A stretch of DNA of 64,000 bases from Candidatus Parcubacteria bacterium (lineage in GTDB: Bacteria; Patescibacteriota; Minisyncoccia; SURF-38), in contig QZJN01000007.1 of NCBI GenBank assembly GCA_003599335.1, positions 812 through 64,811 on the forward strand, written 5' to 3'. The notes beneath the pieces are model-generated. The model had not been told where the DNA came from, searched no databases, and was given only the letters and a program-made list of their open reading frames with translations. Of this stretch, positions 19,529 to 28,002 are shown in pieces. Numbering within the stretch: position 1 is the stretch's first letter; each line of letters starts with the position of its first letter. Position numbers and translations under genes: made by a program.

Positions 19529-20623
19529 ATGAAACTTGCACTTTATCGCAAATATCGCCCTCAAACCTTTGAAGAAGTCGTTGGCCAGGAACCAATAGTA
19601 CAAACCCTTACCAATGCTTTAAGACTTGGACGTATTTCCCACGCCTATCTTTTCACAGGCCCTCGGGGTTCTGGAAAAACAACCCTTGCGCGTTTGTTTG
19701 CAAAAGCAGCCAATTGTTTTAGCCCAAAAGACGGCCTGCCGGATAATAAGTGCTTAAATTGCCAGCAATATAACGCCGGTTCTCATATGGATTTGATTGA
19801 AATAGACGCAGCTTCAAATAGAGGCATCGATGAAATGCGCGAGCTTCGCGAAGGCACGAAGTTTTCGCCCACCCAGTCAAAATACAAAGTCTTCATAATA
19901 GATGAAGTGCACATGCTTACCAAAGAAGCCTTCAACGCGCTCCTTAAAACTTTGGAAGAGCCGCCCAGCCACATAATCTTTATTCTTGCGACAACAGAAA
20001 TTCAAAAAGTTCCTCCCACGATTATATCTCGCTGCCAGCGCTTTGATTTTAAAAAACTAACTATTGATATTATTATCAAGCGCTTAACTAAACTGGCCAA
20101 GCTTGAAAATATCAAAATTGAACCAGATGCTCTGCGCTTAATCGCGGCCTCTGCCGAAGGGGGCCTGCGCGATGCCGAATCTTTGCTTGATCAGGCCGGA
20201 ATATTGAAAGATAAAACAATAACCAAAGAAGATGTTGAGATGCTTCTTGGACGGCTGGATATAAACCTTGTTTTGGAATTTATTGAATTGCTTTCAAAAA
20301 AAGACACAAAAGGAGCAATTCAATATTTAAACAATCTTATTAGTGAAGGCCACGATATAACCTTGTTTTCAAAAATGCTCGTTGAGTACGCCCGCAAAAT
20401 GCTCGTTGTAAAAATAAACCCTGAAATGCTTGAAAGCATTGCTCCAGAATGCGCCAAAGAACAACAAGAAAAATTAAAGGCGCTTATTGGCACTTTTGAG
20501 TTAAAAGAACTCCAAAACTTTGCAGAAATTTTTGTCGGAGCCAATACTCGGGCGCCCCGCATTCCCCTACCAATATTGGCGCTGGAACTTGCGGTTGTTG
20601 AATTTTTAAGCCCGAAAAGCTAA
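19529..20623 (+). CDS. dnaX: DNA polymerase III gamma/tau (short form)
   Basis: LYRKYRPQTF, GPRGSGKTT, EIDAASNRG, IIDEVHML, SRCQRF. Confidence 0.97.
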   Translation: MKLALYRKYRPQTFEEVVGQEPIVQTLTNALRLGRISHAYLFTGPRGSGKTTLARLFAKAANCFSPKDGLPDNKCLNCQQYNAGSHMDLIEIDAASNRGIDEMRELREGTKFSPTQSKYKVFIIDEVHMLTKEAFNALLKTLEEPPSHIIFILATTEIQKVPPTIISRCQRFDFKKLTIDIIIKRLTKLAKLENIKIEPDALRLIAASAEGGLRDAESLLDQAGILKDKTITKEDVEMLLGRLDINLVLEFIELLSKKDTKGAIQYLNNLISEGHDITLFSKMLVEYARKMLVVKINPEMLESIAPECAKEQQEKLKALIGTFELKELQNFAEIFVGANTRAPRIPLPILALELAVVEFLSPKS

Positions 20624-20637
20624 AATAAATTACTCTT

Positions 20638-20708
20638 TGCGGGATCGTCTAATGGTAGGACACCAGCCTTTGGAGCTGGGTATCTTGGTTCGAATCCAAG
20701 TCCCGCAG
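20638..20708 (+). tRNA. tRNA-Gln (TTG), CCA not encoded
   Basis: Acceptor TGCGGGA/TCCCGCA, D loop AATGGTA, anticodon arm CCAGC-CTTTGGA-GCTGG, T arm CTTGG-TTCGAAT-CCAAG. Confidence 0.97.
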
Positions 20709-20712
20709 CAAT

Positions 20713-21495
20713 ATGCAACTTCTTAGTATCTTAGAACCACCTTCAAAAGAAGCACTCCAAGCTTTTGCCAAGAAAAGAAATATTGATGAGTATTTGGTAA
20801 AAGATTATCACCATCCGCAGGAAGATTTTTTAGTTGTTTCGGAAACCCCTCCTGTCTTTGTTGTTTCTGATGGTGTTACTTTAAACTTCAACAAACTGAT
20901 AGAAACCAAAACAAAATACCCAAACCCCTCCCCCGCCGGGGACGTTTCAAAAATATTTTGCCAAGCCGTTGTCCAAAAAGCCAAAGAAAAGCATGAAACG
21001 CTTGGTGAAGCTGACATTGCGGAAATATTTAAATACGCCAATAACGAAGTTGGAAAATACAACGAAAAAGTCGGCAAAAGCGATATTGCCGGAAACCCGA
21101 CTGGTTATTATGCCGCTACCGGCTCGTTCGTAATTATCAAAAACAATAAGGCTTACTGGGCTTCAATATGCGACTCTTACGTCGCTTTTTTTGATAATAA
21201 AATGAACTCTAAATTTATGTCTTCCGGCTCGTGCAGGCCTTACGCTGTTATCAACGGCGAGGAAAGAATGGTAAATCACGTAGAAAAAGGTGTCTTTAAT
21301 TTAGAAAACGGAGATTATATATTTGTCTTTACCGATGGATTTGCAGATTATGTTAAAAACAAAGATTTTTCAGAATTATTTAAAAATTGGGATAAAAACC
21401 TCAAAGAAAGCATCGCTGAATTTTCAAAAGAGATGAACCTGGCAGACCCCGAAAAATACGGCCACGAACGTTCGCTAATAGCCGTTTTGGTATAA
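20713..21495 (+). CDS. PP2C/PPM-fold phosphatase-like protein (degenerate motifs)
   Basis: QED, FVVSDGV, SICDS, VFTDGF; final DN motif replaced by HER. Confidence 0.75.
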   Translation: MQLLSILEPPSKEALQAFAKKRNIDEYLVKDYHHPQEDFLVVSETPPVFVVSDGVTLNFNKLIETKTKYPNPSPAGDVSKIFCQAVVQKAKEKHETLGEADIAEIFKYANNEVGKYNEKVGKSDIAGNPTGYYAATGSFVIIKNNKAYWASICDSYVAFFDNKMNSKFMSSGSCRPYAVINGEERMVNHVEKGVFNLENGDYIFVFTDGFADYVKNKDFSELFKNWDKNLKESIAEFSKEMNLADPEKYGHERSLIAVLV

Positions 21496-21502
21496 TAAAG
21501 AT

Positions 21503-22393
21503 ATGAACTGGGTTTTACTTTCTTTGCTCGCTCCCCTATTTTGGGCTGTTTCCAATTTTGTCGATAAATACATTCTTGGGAAATACACAAAGAGTATTTA
21601 TGATTTCCTTTTCTTTTCAACAATAACTAGTTGGGCATTATTTCTTATACTCTTCCTCTTTATAGGAATGCCCGAACTAACAATATACTCATGGATACCC
21701 ATCGCAACAGGCGTTATTCTTATTTATTCTTACGGTTTTTATGGAAAAGCGCTTGAACAAGGAGACACCTCATCATTAGTTATCCTTTTTAAACTCATCC
21801 CCGTATTTACAGTAATTTTGGCATTTATATTTTTGGGCCAAGCCTTATCAACTAATGAACTCATCGGGTTCTTTATTGTTTTAATCGGCGCAACCATGGT
21901 GTCGCTAGAAAGAACGAAAAGCTTTTTTATTAAAGGTTTTGGGATGATACTGATAGCAATCGTAATGTGGTCGGTGATGACGCTATTCATAGATTTTGGG
22001 CTGACCAAAATGTCTTTTTGGGATTATTTTTTGCTTGATAATTTGGGTTCGGCTCTCGCCGGGTTAACACTTTTTATTGTGCCGACCATGAGAAAAGAAG
22101 TAATAGATGGAATAAAAACGGCAACGGGCGGTAAATACTTTTGGTATTCGTGGAATAATATGTTGGACTTTTTTGGCCAAATGAGTATTAAAAAAGCTCT
22201 CGCAATTGCTTCATCTGCCGGGCTCGTTACGGTCGTTATGCAAGTACAATCTTTCTATGCAATCGTTATAGGGATATTGCTAACATTGTTTGTGCCGCAT
22301 ATCATCAAAGAAGATATTGCAGTAAAAACTTTGACCAAAAAAGTCATTGGGGCCGCAATAATGTTTTCCGGTGTTTATATATTATTTCGGTAG
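21503..22393 (+). CDS. EamA/DMT family transporter
   Basis: About 10 TM helices in two repeats, YGKALEQGDTS and LAFIFLGQ pattern; TATAAT 6 nt before the ATG. Confidence 0.9.
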   Translation: MNWVLLSLLAPLFWAVSNFVDKYILGKYTKSIYDFLFFSTITSWALFLILFLFIGMPELTIYSWIPIATGVILIYSYGFYGKALEQGDTSSLVILFKLIPVFTVILAFIFLGQALSTNELIGFFIVLIGATMVSLERTKSFFIKGFGMILIAIVMWSVMTLFIDFGLTKMSFWDYFLLDNLGSALAGLTLFIVPTMRKEVIDGIKTATGGKYFWYSWNNMLDFFGQMSIKKALAIASSAGLVTVVMQVQSFYAIVIGILLTLFVPHIIKEDIAVKTLTKKVIGAAIMFSGVYILFR

Positions 22394-22465
22394 TATGATT
22401 AAACTTTAGAAAATTGTAAGGTAAATCCAAACAATATTAATCAAAAGCCAAAAAGACTATCTCTT

Positions 22466-24055
22466 ATGGAGCTATCTCCTACAGATCTTCTCTCAAAAGG
22501 ATACTTTCCGGAGGAATTGCCACCACCATTTCAAACCGTGGTATTGGGACAAAAGTTTTCAAAATTAGAGAAACAGCTTTCAAAAGTTACCAAAAAATTT
22601 AGGCAAGCTCATGCAAAGTCGAGTTGCATAAAATACACCGCTCCAAAAAGAGGTTTTTCGAGACGCAACTTTAATATTCCAAATCCTTTCCACTTTATAG
22701 AGCTAGTTAGATTACTAAACGACAATAAAACATCGATTTTAAAAATTTTAAAATCATCAGAGTATTCTATTTTTCTAAAAGAAAGGCTTAGGAATGACTG
22801 GAACGAATTTGCAAAGGATAGATTTGTAAAATCACAAGACTACATTTATGAGTTGAAAACTGATATAGCTCGTTACTTTCCAACCATTTATACTCATAGT
22901 ATTTCTTGGGCTATTCACGGTAAAAAAATTGCGAAGTCTAACAAAAGTAACCCGAGCCTCTGGGGCAATGAACTAGATAAAAAGGTAAGAAACCTGCAGG
23001 ATAATCAAACCATAGGAATCCCCGTTGGCCCTCATGTTTCTAGAATAATTGCAGAGTTAATAGGTTGCGAGGTAGATAAAAAGTTGAAAGAGTGGATACT
23101 TAAAGAAAATCTCGATGTTCTTGTTTTTAGATATATTGATGACTACTTTTTATACTTTTCAGAAGAAAGTACAGGAGAAAAAATCTTAAACTCGCTTCAA
23201 TCAATTTTAGACGATTTTAACCTAGAAATTAATCACAATAAAACTGAGGTAACAAAATTTCCCTTTGGTCTAGAGCCTAAATGGGTCAGCGACTTAAGAT
23301 CATTTACCATACGCAAAAAGAACCCCGAACAAATATTCGATATCATGGATTTTTTTAGCATAGCTCTTAACTACACTAACGAACACAAAAATGAATCTAT
23401 CCTAAAATATTCTCTAATAAAACTTCGTAATACAAAAATAATTGATCGAAACTGGGATTACTTCGAAGCTTGGCTACTAAAAATTCTTTTGTATAATACC
23501 AATGTTCTGCCAGAAATACTTAGTTTATTCTTATTAAACCAAGGTAAACTAAACGCAGATAGAATAAAGCAAGCAATTGAAAAACTAATTGTAACAAGCA
23601 TCAAAAAGAAAAATAACTACGAAATCGCTTGGAGTCTCTGGATTGCTAAATCTCTAAAGATTAAATTATCTAGTCAATTAGTTAGTGGGGTGTTTCAATT
23701 AGAAGATCCGATTTCAATTTTAATTGCATTAGATTTAATCAATTCTAATCTAATTATCGGAACCACTAAAAAATATCTCAATTCTTTAGGAAATTCTTTA
23801 AGTCAAAATTCTCTTTTTAACGAATACTGGCTACTAGCTTACGAAAGTAGCATTAAAGGATGGCTAAAAATACCAAAATTAAATTTGCAGAACGACGAAT
23901 TTTATAAAACTCTATACAAAGAAAAAGTGAGTTTCTATGACAGCAAAAAACAAATTTACTATGCTCCTTACAGCAGACGAAAAAAAAGAACTGCTAAGGA
24001 AAAGAATAATTTTATTGGTTTTACCCGCATATTTAAACGTCCATCTTTTTATTGA
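22466..24055 (+). CDS. Stand-alone reverse transcriptase, UG/Abi class 1-like (putative anti-phage), with alpha-helical C-terminal region
   Basis: GYFPEELPPPF, RRNFNIPNP, KTDIARYFPTIYTHSISWA, GIPVGPHVSRIIAE, catalytic RYIDD, INHNKT; helical tail with EIAWSLW and WLLAYE. Confidence 0.92.
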   Translation: MELSPTDLLSKGYFPEELPPPFQTVVLGQKFSKLEKQLSKVTKKFRQAHAKSSCIKYTAPKRGFSRRNFNIPNPFHFIELVRLLNDNKTSILKILKSSEYSIFLKERLRNDWNEFAKDRFVKSQDYIYELKTDIARYFPTIYTHSISWAIHGKKIAKSNKSNPSLWGNELDKKVRNLQDNQTIGIPVGPHVSRIIAELIGCEVDKKLKEWILKENLDVLVFRYIDDYFLYFSEESTGEKILNSLQSILDDFNLEINHNKTEVTKFPFGLEPKWVSDLRSFTIRKKNPEQIFDIMDFFSIALNYTNEHKNESILKYSLIKLRNTKIIDRNWDYFEAWLLKILLYNTNVLPEILSLFLLNQGKLNADRIKQAIEKLIVTSIKKKNNYEIAWSLWIAKSLKIKLSSQLVSGVFQLEDPISILIALDLINSNLIIGTTKKYLNSLGNSLSQNSLFNEYWLLAYESSIKGWLKIPKLNLQNDEFYKTLYKEKVSFYDSKKQIYYAPYSRRKKRTAKEKNNFIGFTRIFKRPSFY

Positions 24056-24099
24056 CATAGCTCAATACTCTTCCTCTCCTAAAATCGTTCATTAACCCA

Positions 24100-24465
24100 A
24101 TGATCTCCACACGCATACTTATTTTTCACACGACACTCCTTATTGGTTTTATAACTGCCTCTGTGGCTTCGTCTGTTATAACAATGGTTTTTCCAGAACT
24201 TTTGCCCGGGAAATATCTTTTGTTTGGCGTGATCCTGCTAACCGGGCTTATCCTTGGTTCCTGGTCATTATTTCGCGGATGCCCTTTCACTGTGTGGGAA
24301 AATAAATATCGCGAACGCGAACGCCCCGGCTCGGCGTATCGCGGCCCCTGCATTGATAGATATATAAAAGAATGGTTCAACGTCCGCCTGCCCGCGCGAT
24401 TGAGCACATTTATACTTCTTGGCTTTCTCATCTTCCCCGCCATAACCGGCCTACTCAATTGGTAA
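24100..24465 (+). CDS. DUF2784-like membrane protein
   Basis: TM helices plus GCPFTVWENKYR...Y..PCIDRYI pattern. Confidence 0.75.
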   Translation: MISTRILIFHTTLLIGFITASVASSVITMVFPELLPGKYLLFGVILLTGLILGSWSLFRGCPFTVWENKYRERERPGSAYRGPCIDRYIKEWFNVRLPARLSTFILLGFLIFPAITGLLNW

Positions 24466-24528
24466 AACACATTCTCCCTCCAAAACAAAAAGCTAAAGCC
24501 CACCAACAACCTCTCAACAACATCGTAT

Positions 24529-24544
24529 GTTAACAATTGTTAAC
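24529..24544. promoter_or_regulatory. Perfect 16-bp palindrome GTTAACAATTGTTAAC (copy 3)
   Basis: Intergenic; 24519-24544 matches 15652-15677 at 24 of 26 positions. Confidence 0.65.
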
Positions 24545-24630
24545 GTAAGTTTTTTATTCAGGTTTTACTTTTTGTCTCTCCTCCCTCAAAACTCCCCTTT
24601 CATCTCGCCGCAATTTCAACAAAGACTGAC

Positions 24631-24674
24631 AAAAACAAAAAGAGCCAATCCCTTTCGGAACTGGCTCTTTGTTT
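24631..24674 (-). terminator. Intrinsic terminator (possibly bidirectional) of the ParB-like gene
   Basis: AAAGAGCCA...TGGCTCTTT stem flanked by A and T runs. Confidence 0.75.
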
Positions 24675-24693
24675 GAAAGACCGATGTTGGAAA

Positions 24694-25779
24694 CTAGTTG
24701 GCGCCGGCCGCGGCTGCAGCCTGGTCCATTGTTTCTTCCGGAGTTTCCGAAAGATCCAAGGGCGGTGCAGTTTCGTTCGGCCGGAGACGCCGCGTGCGCT
24801 TGCCGGAGTTGACGTGATTCAGCAGCATTTGGTAAAGGATCTCACGCGCCTTGCCACTGGCCGAAGCCAGATTGACAATGTACGGATCGGTTACCGGGAA
24901 GAGCTTGATCTTGCGGATCAAATCCCTCTCCACAAAAAACCGCTTATCACGCCAGAAATCCTGGTGCCTCGAGAACAACGTTGCTAGGCAGATCAGGAAG
25001 GTGTTGCGCAGGTACGCGGCGCCTTCGCGAATCGTCACAATGCGGATACCCCAGCACTGATCGAGTATGTCAGAGAAGGTTCGTGCGTTCTCGCGCAGAA
25101 CATTCGGGCCTGTAACCTCCATGATTTTCTGGAGGCCACGAGCCAACTCGTCAGTTTTGCTCCCGCGGCCAGGGCCAAGGTGAGAGTGCAGCGCGCCAAC
25201 CGCCTTACAGAAAGTCAAGGCAGTGATCAACTCGCCGTGCTTCATCCGCTGGCTCCAGGAAATCTTGCCGTGCATGACGAACCCGCGATCGCGAGTCGTC
25301 AAGCTGAACAAGTGAGAGACAACAGGGAACTCGTGCTGGAGATTGCGGAGCAGAATGTTGGGAGAAAGCTTTGTCCGCTCGGTGTTGAGGATGCGGAAAC
25401 GGTCCCGTTCCCACTCCTCGGTTGTATTGAAATGAACCGTGCAGCCCAGGCGTGGCGACTTGCCAGTACCCAGCTGCATCAGACGCATCGCCGCGGTCAC
25501 CCGCTGCAGACCGTCGATGATGAAAACATCGTTCTTGAGGTAGAAAGCCCCGTCGCGCTCCATAAAATCCCCTCCCCGCATCCCAAGTTCAATGTCGGGA
25601 ACGGTGCTCTTTTGGAACGCTTCGATGAGCGTGTTGATTTTGGCCAACGGCAGAACCTCGCGCTGATAGGGAGCAGTCTGCAATTGGTGCAACGAACCCG
25701 GGTCAACCTCACCTCGGAGAATAATGTCTTTCTTCTCCTCGCTGAGAGCAGCCCGTACTACCTTAACTGAATCGCGCAT
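24694..25779 (-). CDS. ParB/Srx-fold (DGQHR/DndB/DUF262-like) protein
   Basis: YQR near the N-terminus, FIIDGLQRVTA, E..RFRILN..RTKLS; SD AAGGAGG; GC-rich. Confidence 0.7.
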   Translation of the reverse strand: MRDSVKVVRAALSEEKKDIILRGEVDPGSLHQLQTAPYQREVLPLAKINTLIEAFQKSTVPDIELGMRGGDFMERDGAFYLKNDVFIIDGLQRVTAAMRLMQLGTGKSPRLGCTVHFNTTEEWERDRFRILNTERTKLSPNILLRNLQHEFPVVSHLFSLTTRDRGFVMHGKISWSQRMKHGELITALTFCKAVGALHSHLGPGRGSKTDELARGLQKIMEVTGPNVLRENARTFSDILDQCWGIRIVTIREGAAYLRNTFLICLATLFSRHQDFWRDKRFFVERDLIRKIKLFPVTDPYIVNLASASGKAREILYQMLLNHVNSGKRTRRLRPNETAPPLDLSETPEETMDQAAAAAGAN

Positions 25780-25854
25780 AAAGCGACGATCCTCCTTGTG
25801 AAGATTGGCTTTGACTCCCTTATGCCATATTGGCTGGGATGGTAAGCCAATTTT

Positions 25855-25883
25855 TTTATATCAAACAAAAACTAAAGTGTCAA
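25855..25883 (-). promoter_or_regulatory. Sigma70 promoter for the ParB-like gene
   Basis: Minus strand reads TTGACA-N17-TATAAA. Confidence 0.75.
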
Positions 25884-25905
25884 GCAATTTTCTGTCTCCC
25901 GTGGC

Positions 25906-25934
25906 TTGACAGAATTATATTTTTATACAATAAT
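25906..25934 (+). promoter_or_regulatory. Putative sigma70 promoter
   Basis: TTGACA followed by TACAATAAT (-10 register ambiguous); SD AAGGAGGT downstream. Confidence 0.55.
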
Positions 25935-25959
25935 CTTTCCAGACTTTAAGGAGGTACAC

Positions 25960-26295
25960 ATGGAGGAAAAGCTCTTTTTGCTCAAGAAGAAACACAAACA
26001 CGAACTGGCGGCCGTTCCCGGAGGAGACCACCCAACCTTTGATTCCGACGAGTTCGTTGTCGGCACATCTCCCGAAGAAGTGATCGATCGGATTTTCAAT
26101 GAGGAGAAAGCCAAACGCGACGAGTGGGAACGCAAGATGGAAACCGCGGAAACCCAGGATGTTGTAGATGACCCCATCGGAACTTTTCCGCCGGTTCTCC
26201 CCGTGCGCAAAGAAGAATGGAAGGCCGAGGAAGTGAAAGTTGATGGCTACACCATCATCCTGGAAAAACAACCCGAACCCTCTCCTGCGACCTGA
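25960..26295 (+). CDS. Acidic hypothetical protein (111 aa)
   Basis: SD AAGGAGGT then ATG at 25960. Confidence 0.7.
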   Translation: MEEKLFLLKKKHKHELAAVPGGDHPTFDSDEFVVGTSPEEVIDRIFNEEKAKRDEWERKMETAETQDVVDDPIGTFPPVLPVRKEEWKAEEVKVDGYTIILEKQPEPSPAT

Positions 26296-26326
26296 TTTAA
26301 ATCGCTCTCTGAATCTGGAGGAAACC

Positions 26327-26545
26327 ATGGAAAATCGCCAGGTTGTTTTTGTGGAAGCGATTATCAAAGACGAAGAACTCAAAGCTGGCCAAAACCCGCG
26401 CATTCGGCCAAACGAACTTCTGGAACGTGGCCTTGAAGCTCGCCGCGCCGAGGGATGGTGCGATGTTTTTGCCCTTCCCTTGCCCACGCCCGATGGTGGC
26501 CAAAAATGGGCCATCGTTTTCCACCGCCATAACCATCTTCACTAG
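26327..26545 (+). CDS. Hypothetical protein (72 aa)
   Basis: SD GGAGG then ATG at 26327; followed by a hairpin. Confidence 0.65.
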   Translation: MENRQVVFVEAIIKDEELKAGQNPRIRPNELLERGLEARRAEGWCDVFALPLPTPDGGQKWAIVFHRHNHLH

Positions 26546-26551
26546 CCTTCG

Positions 26552-26593
26552 CAGAAAAGCTCAAAGCTTAGTACGCGAGGGCTTTTCTGTTTA
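26552..26593 (+). terminator. Intrinsic terminator-like hairpin
   Basis: CAGAAAAGCTC...GAGGGCTTTTCTG plus T-rich tail, abutting the next TTGACA at 26594. Confidence 0.65.
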
Positions 26594-26642
26594 TTGACAG
26601 GATAACACTTATATGTTAATTAAGTTTTATACAGGAGGTGTC

Positions 26643-26936
26643 ATGTTTCAGTTCTTCAAAGACTGGCGACGCAGGTGGCGGGAGAAAAAGCGGCGACGGC
26701 TTTTGGACGAACTTGCGTGGGTGGAAAGTCAAATCTCCAGCATCACGCAGGAAAACGCCCAAACCAAAAAGCTCCATACGCGCCTGGCCGAGGAAAGCGC
26801 CGTGGTTTTTGACCAGGAGAGAGACTCTCGTTTTGCGGCTCGTTCAAGCGAGCGCGCCCAGAATGCAATCCTCCTTGGCCGGTACCAACGCGAAAAAAAG
26901 CTCATTGAGCGAGAGCTCGCTTCCCTCCCCGCCTAA
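26643..26936 (+). CDS. Basic coiled-coil hypothetical protein (97 aa)
   Basis: TTGACA at 26594, SD AGGAGGT, ATG at 26643. Confidence 0.65.
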   Translation: MFQFFKDWRRRWREKKRRRLLDELAWVESQISSITQENAQTKKLHTRLAEESAVVFDQERDSRFAARSSERAQNAILLGRYQREKKLIERELASLPA

Positions 26937-26947
26937 AGCACAGCAGC

Positions 26948-26993
26948 AAAAGGCCCGGACCGATCTAACCAATCGCGCCGGGCCTTTTCTTTT
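26948..26993 (+). terminator. Hairpin/terminator, copy A of the repeat flanking pyrD
   Basis: AAAAGGCCCGGA...CTAAC...GCGCCGGGCCTTTTCTTTT. Confidence 0.75.
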
Positions 26994-26994
26994 C

Positions 26995-27023
26995 TTGACA
27001 TAAGTAAATTATCATTTTATTAT
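26995..27023 (+). promoter_or_regulatory. Sigma70 promoter for pyrD
   Basis: TTGACA-N17-TATTAT; SD AAGGAGGA before the ATG at 27065. Confidence 0.8.
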
Positions 27024-27064
27024 CGCAACATCCTGAAAGACGGGAAAACTACAAGGAGGAGACG

Positions 27065-27988
27065 ATGGAGATCCCATCGGCAAAGTTCGGAGCTCTTGAA
27101 TACACGCCAGCTCTTTCCAACGGCGCAGGAATGATCAAAAAGCTTGAGGATGTGCGGGAAATGGCCCTCTCGGCCGCCGGCGCCATCGTCGTCGGCTCCA
27201 TCACCCTCAAGGACAGGCCTGGCAACACAGGCAACACGTTTTGGGTCGGCCAAACCGGCTCAATCAACTCGCTTGGCATCCCCAACCCCGGCAAGGAATA
27301 CTACCGGCAAAACATCCATTTGATGGTTGGTGTCGCCCATGCTCATGGCAAGAAACTCATCGTCAACGTGGCCGGCTTCCAACCAAACGAATTTGGCGAA
27401 CTGGCCCTCTTGGCCTTTGATTGCGGGGCCGACGCGGTTGAGCTCAACTTCGGCTGCCCCAACATCTGGGACGATGGCACCCAAAAAGGCATTATCAGCT
27501 TTTACCCGGATGTTCTGGGCGAATCGCTGGAAGCCGTGAGACGAGCCGTTGGCGTTGGCTCCAACATCATCGCTAAGGTTTCCCCTTTTTCCAACCCAAT
27601 ACAACTCAAGGAAATCGGCGGCGTGATCGTGAGCTCAGGAATCGTTTCGGCCATTACGGCCATCAACACCTTCCCCAACGCTTACGGCGAGTACGAAAAC
27701 GGCCGGCCGGTCATTGATCCGGGCGGAGGACTTGGCGGCTTTGCCGGCGCCGGGCTCAAACACATTGCCCTTGGTCAAGTGAAGCAGTGGCGCGCCCTGC
27801 TGCCTCCCGAAATTGCCATCATTGGGGTTGGCGGTATTTCCAGGGGCAAGGACATGGCCGAGTATTTCCGTCATGGCAAGGTTGCGGCCGTTCAGGTCGT
27901 TACGGCGCTTTTGCGCAAGGGCCACATGGACCCCAACGCCTTGAGCACCATTCTCATGGAATACGCCGAGCTGCCGGATGCAGCGTGA
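27065..27988 (+). CDS. pyrD: Dihydroorotate dehydrogenase, class 1 (probably 1A)
   Basis: NGAG, VVGSIT, SINSLGIPNPG, ELNFGCPN (catalytic Cys), AINT, IIGVGGI; no membrane anchor, no adjacent pyrK. Confidence 0.9.
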   Translation: MEIPSAKFGALEYTPALSNGAGMIKKLEDVREMALSAAGAIVVGSITLKDRPGNTGNTFWVGQTGSINSLGIPNPGKEYYRQNIHLMVGVAHAHGKKLIVNVAGFQPNEFGELALLAFDCGADAVELNFGCPNIWDDGTQKGIISFYPDVLGESLEAVRRAVGVGSNIIAKVSPFSNPIQLKEIGGVIVSSGIVSAITAINTFPNAYGEYENGRPVIDPGGGLGGFAGAGLKHIALGQVKQWRALLPPEIAIIGVGGISRGKDMAEYFRHGKVAAVQVVTALLRKGHMDPNALSTILMEYAELPDAA

Positions 27989-28002
27989 AGTTCCACAACT
28001 AG

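Noticed and set aside
22394-24100. Retron, group II intron or DGR interpretation of the RT
   Set aside because: Flanking gaps are only 72 and 44 bp with no structured RNA or TR/VR pair; no YADD, maturase or VTG motif; the motifs fit the UG/Abi class
15652-24544. 26-bp direct repeat as attL/attR of an integrated element
   Set aside because: The enclosed 8.9 kb contains core genes (def, fmt, dnaX, tRNA-Gln) and no integrase; an operator or binding site is more plausible
24673-28002. Long overlapping or antisense ORFs (e.g. 25180-25770 +, 25915-26514 -, 26638-27003 +, 27260-27604 -)
   Set aside because: Shadow ORFs expected in GC-rich DNA; the accepted frames have SD, promoter and motif support
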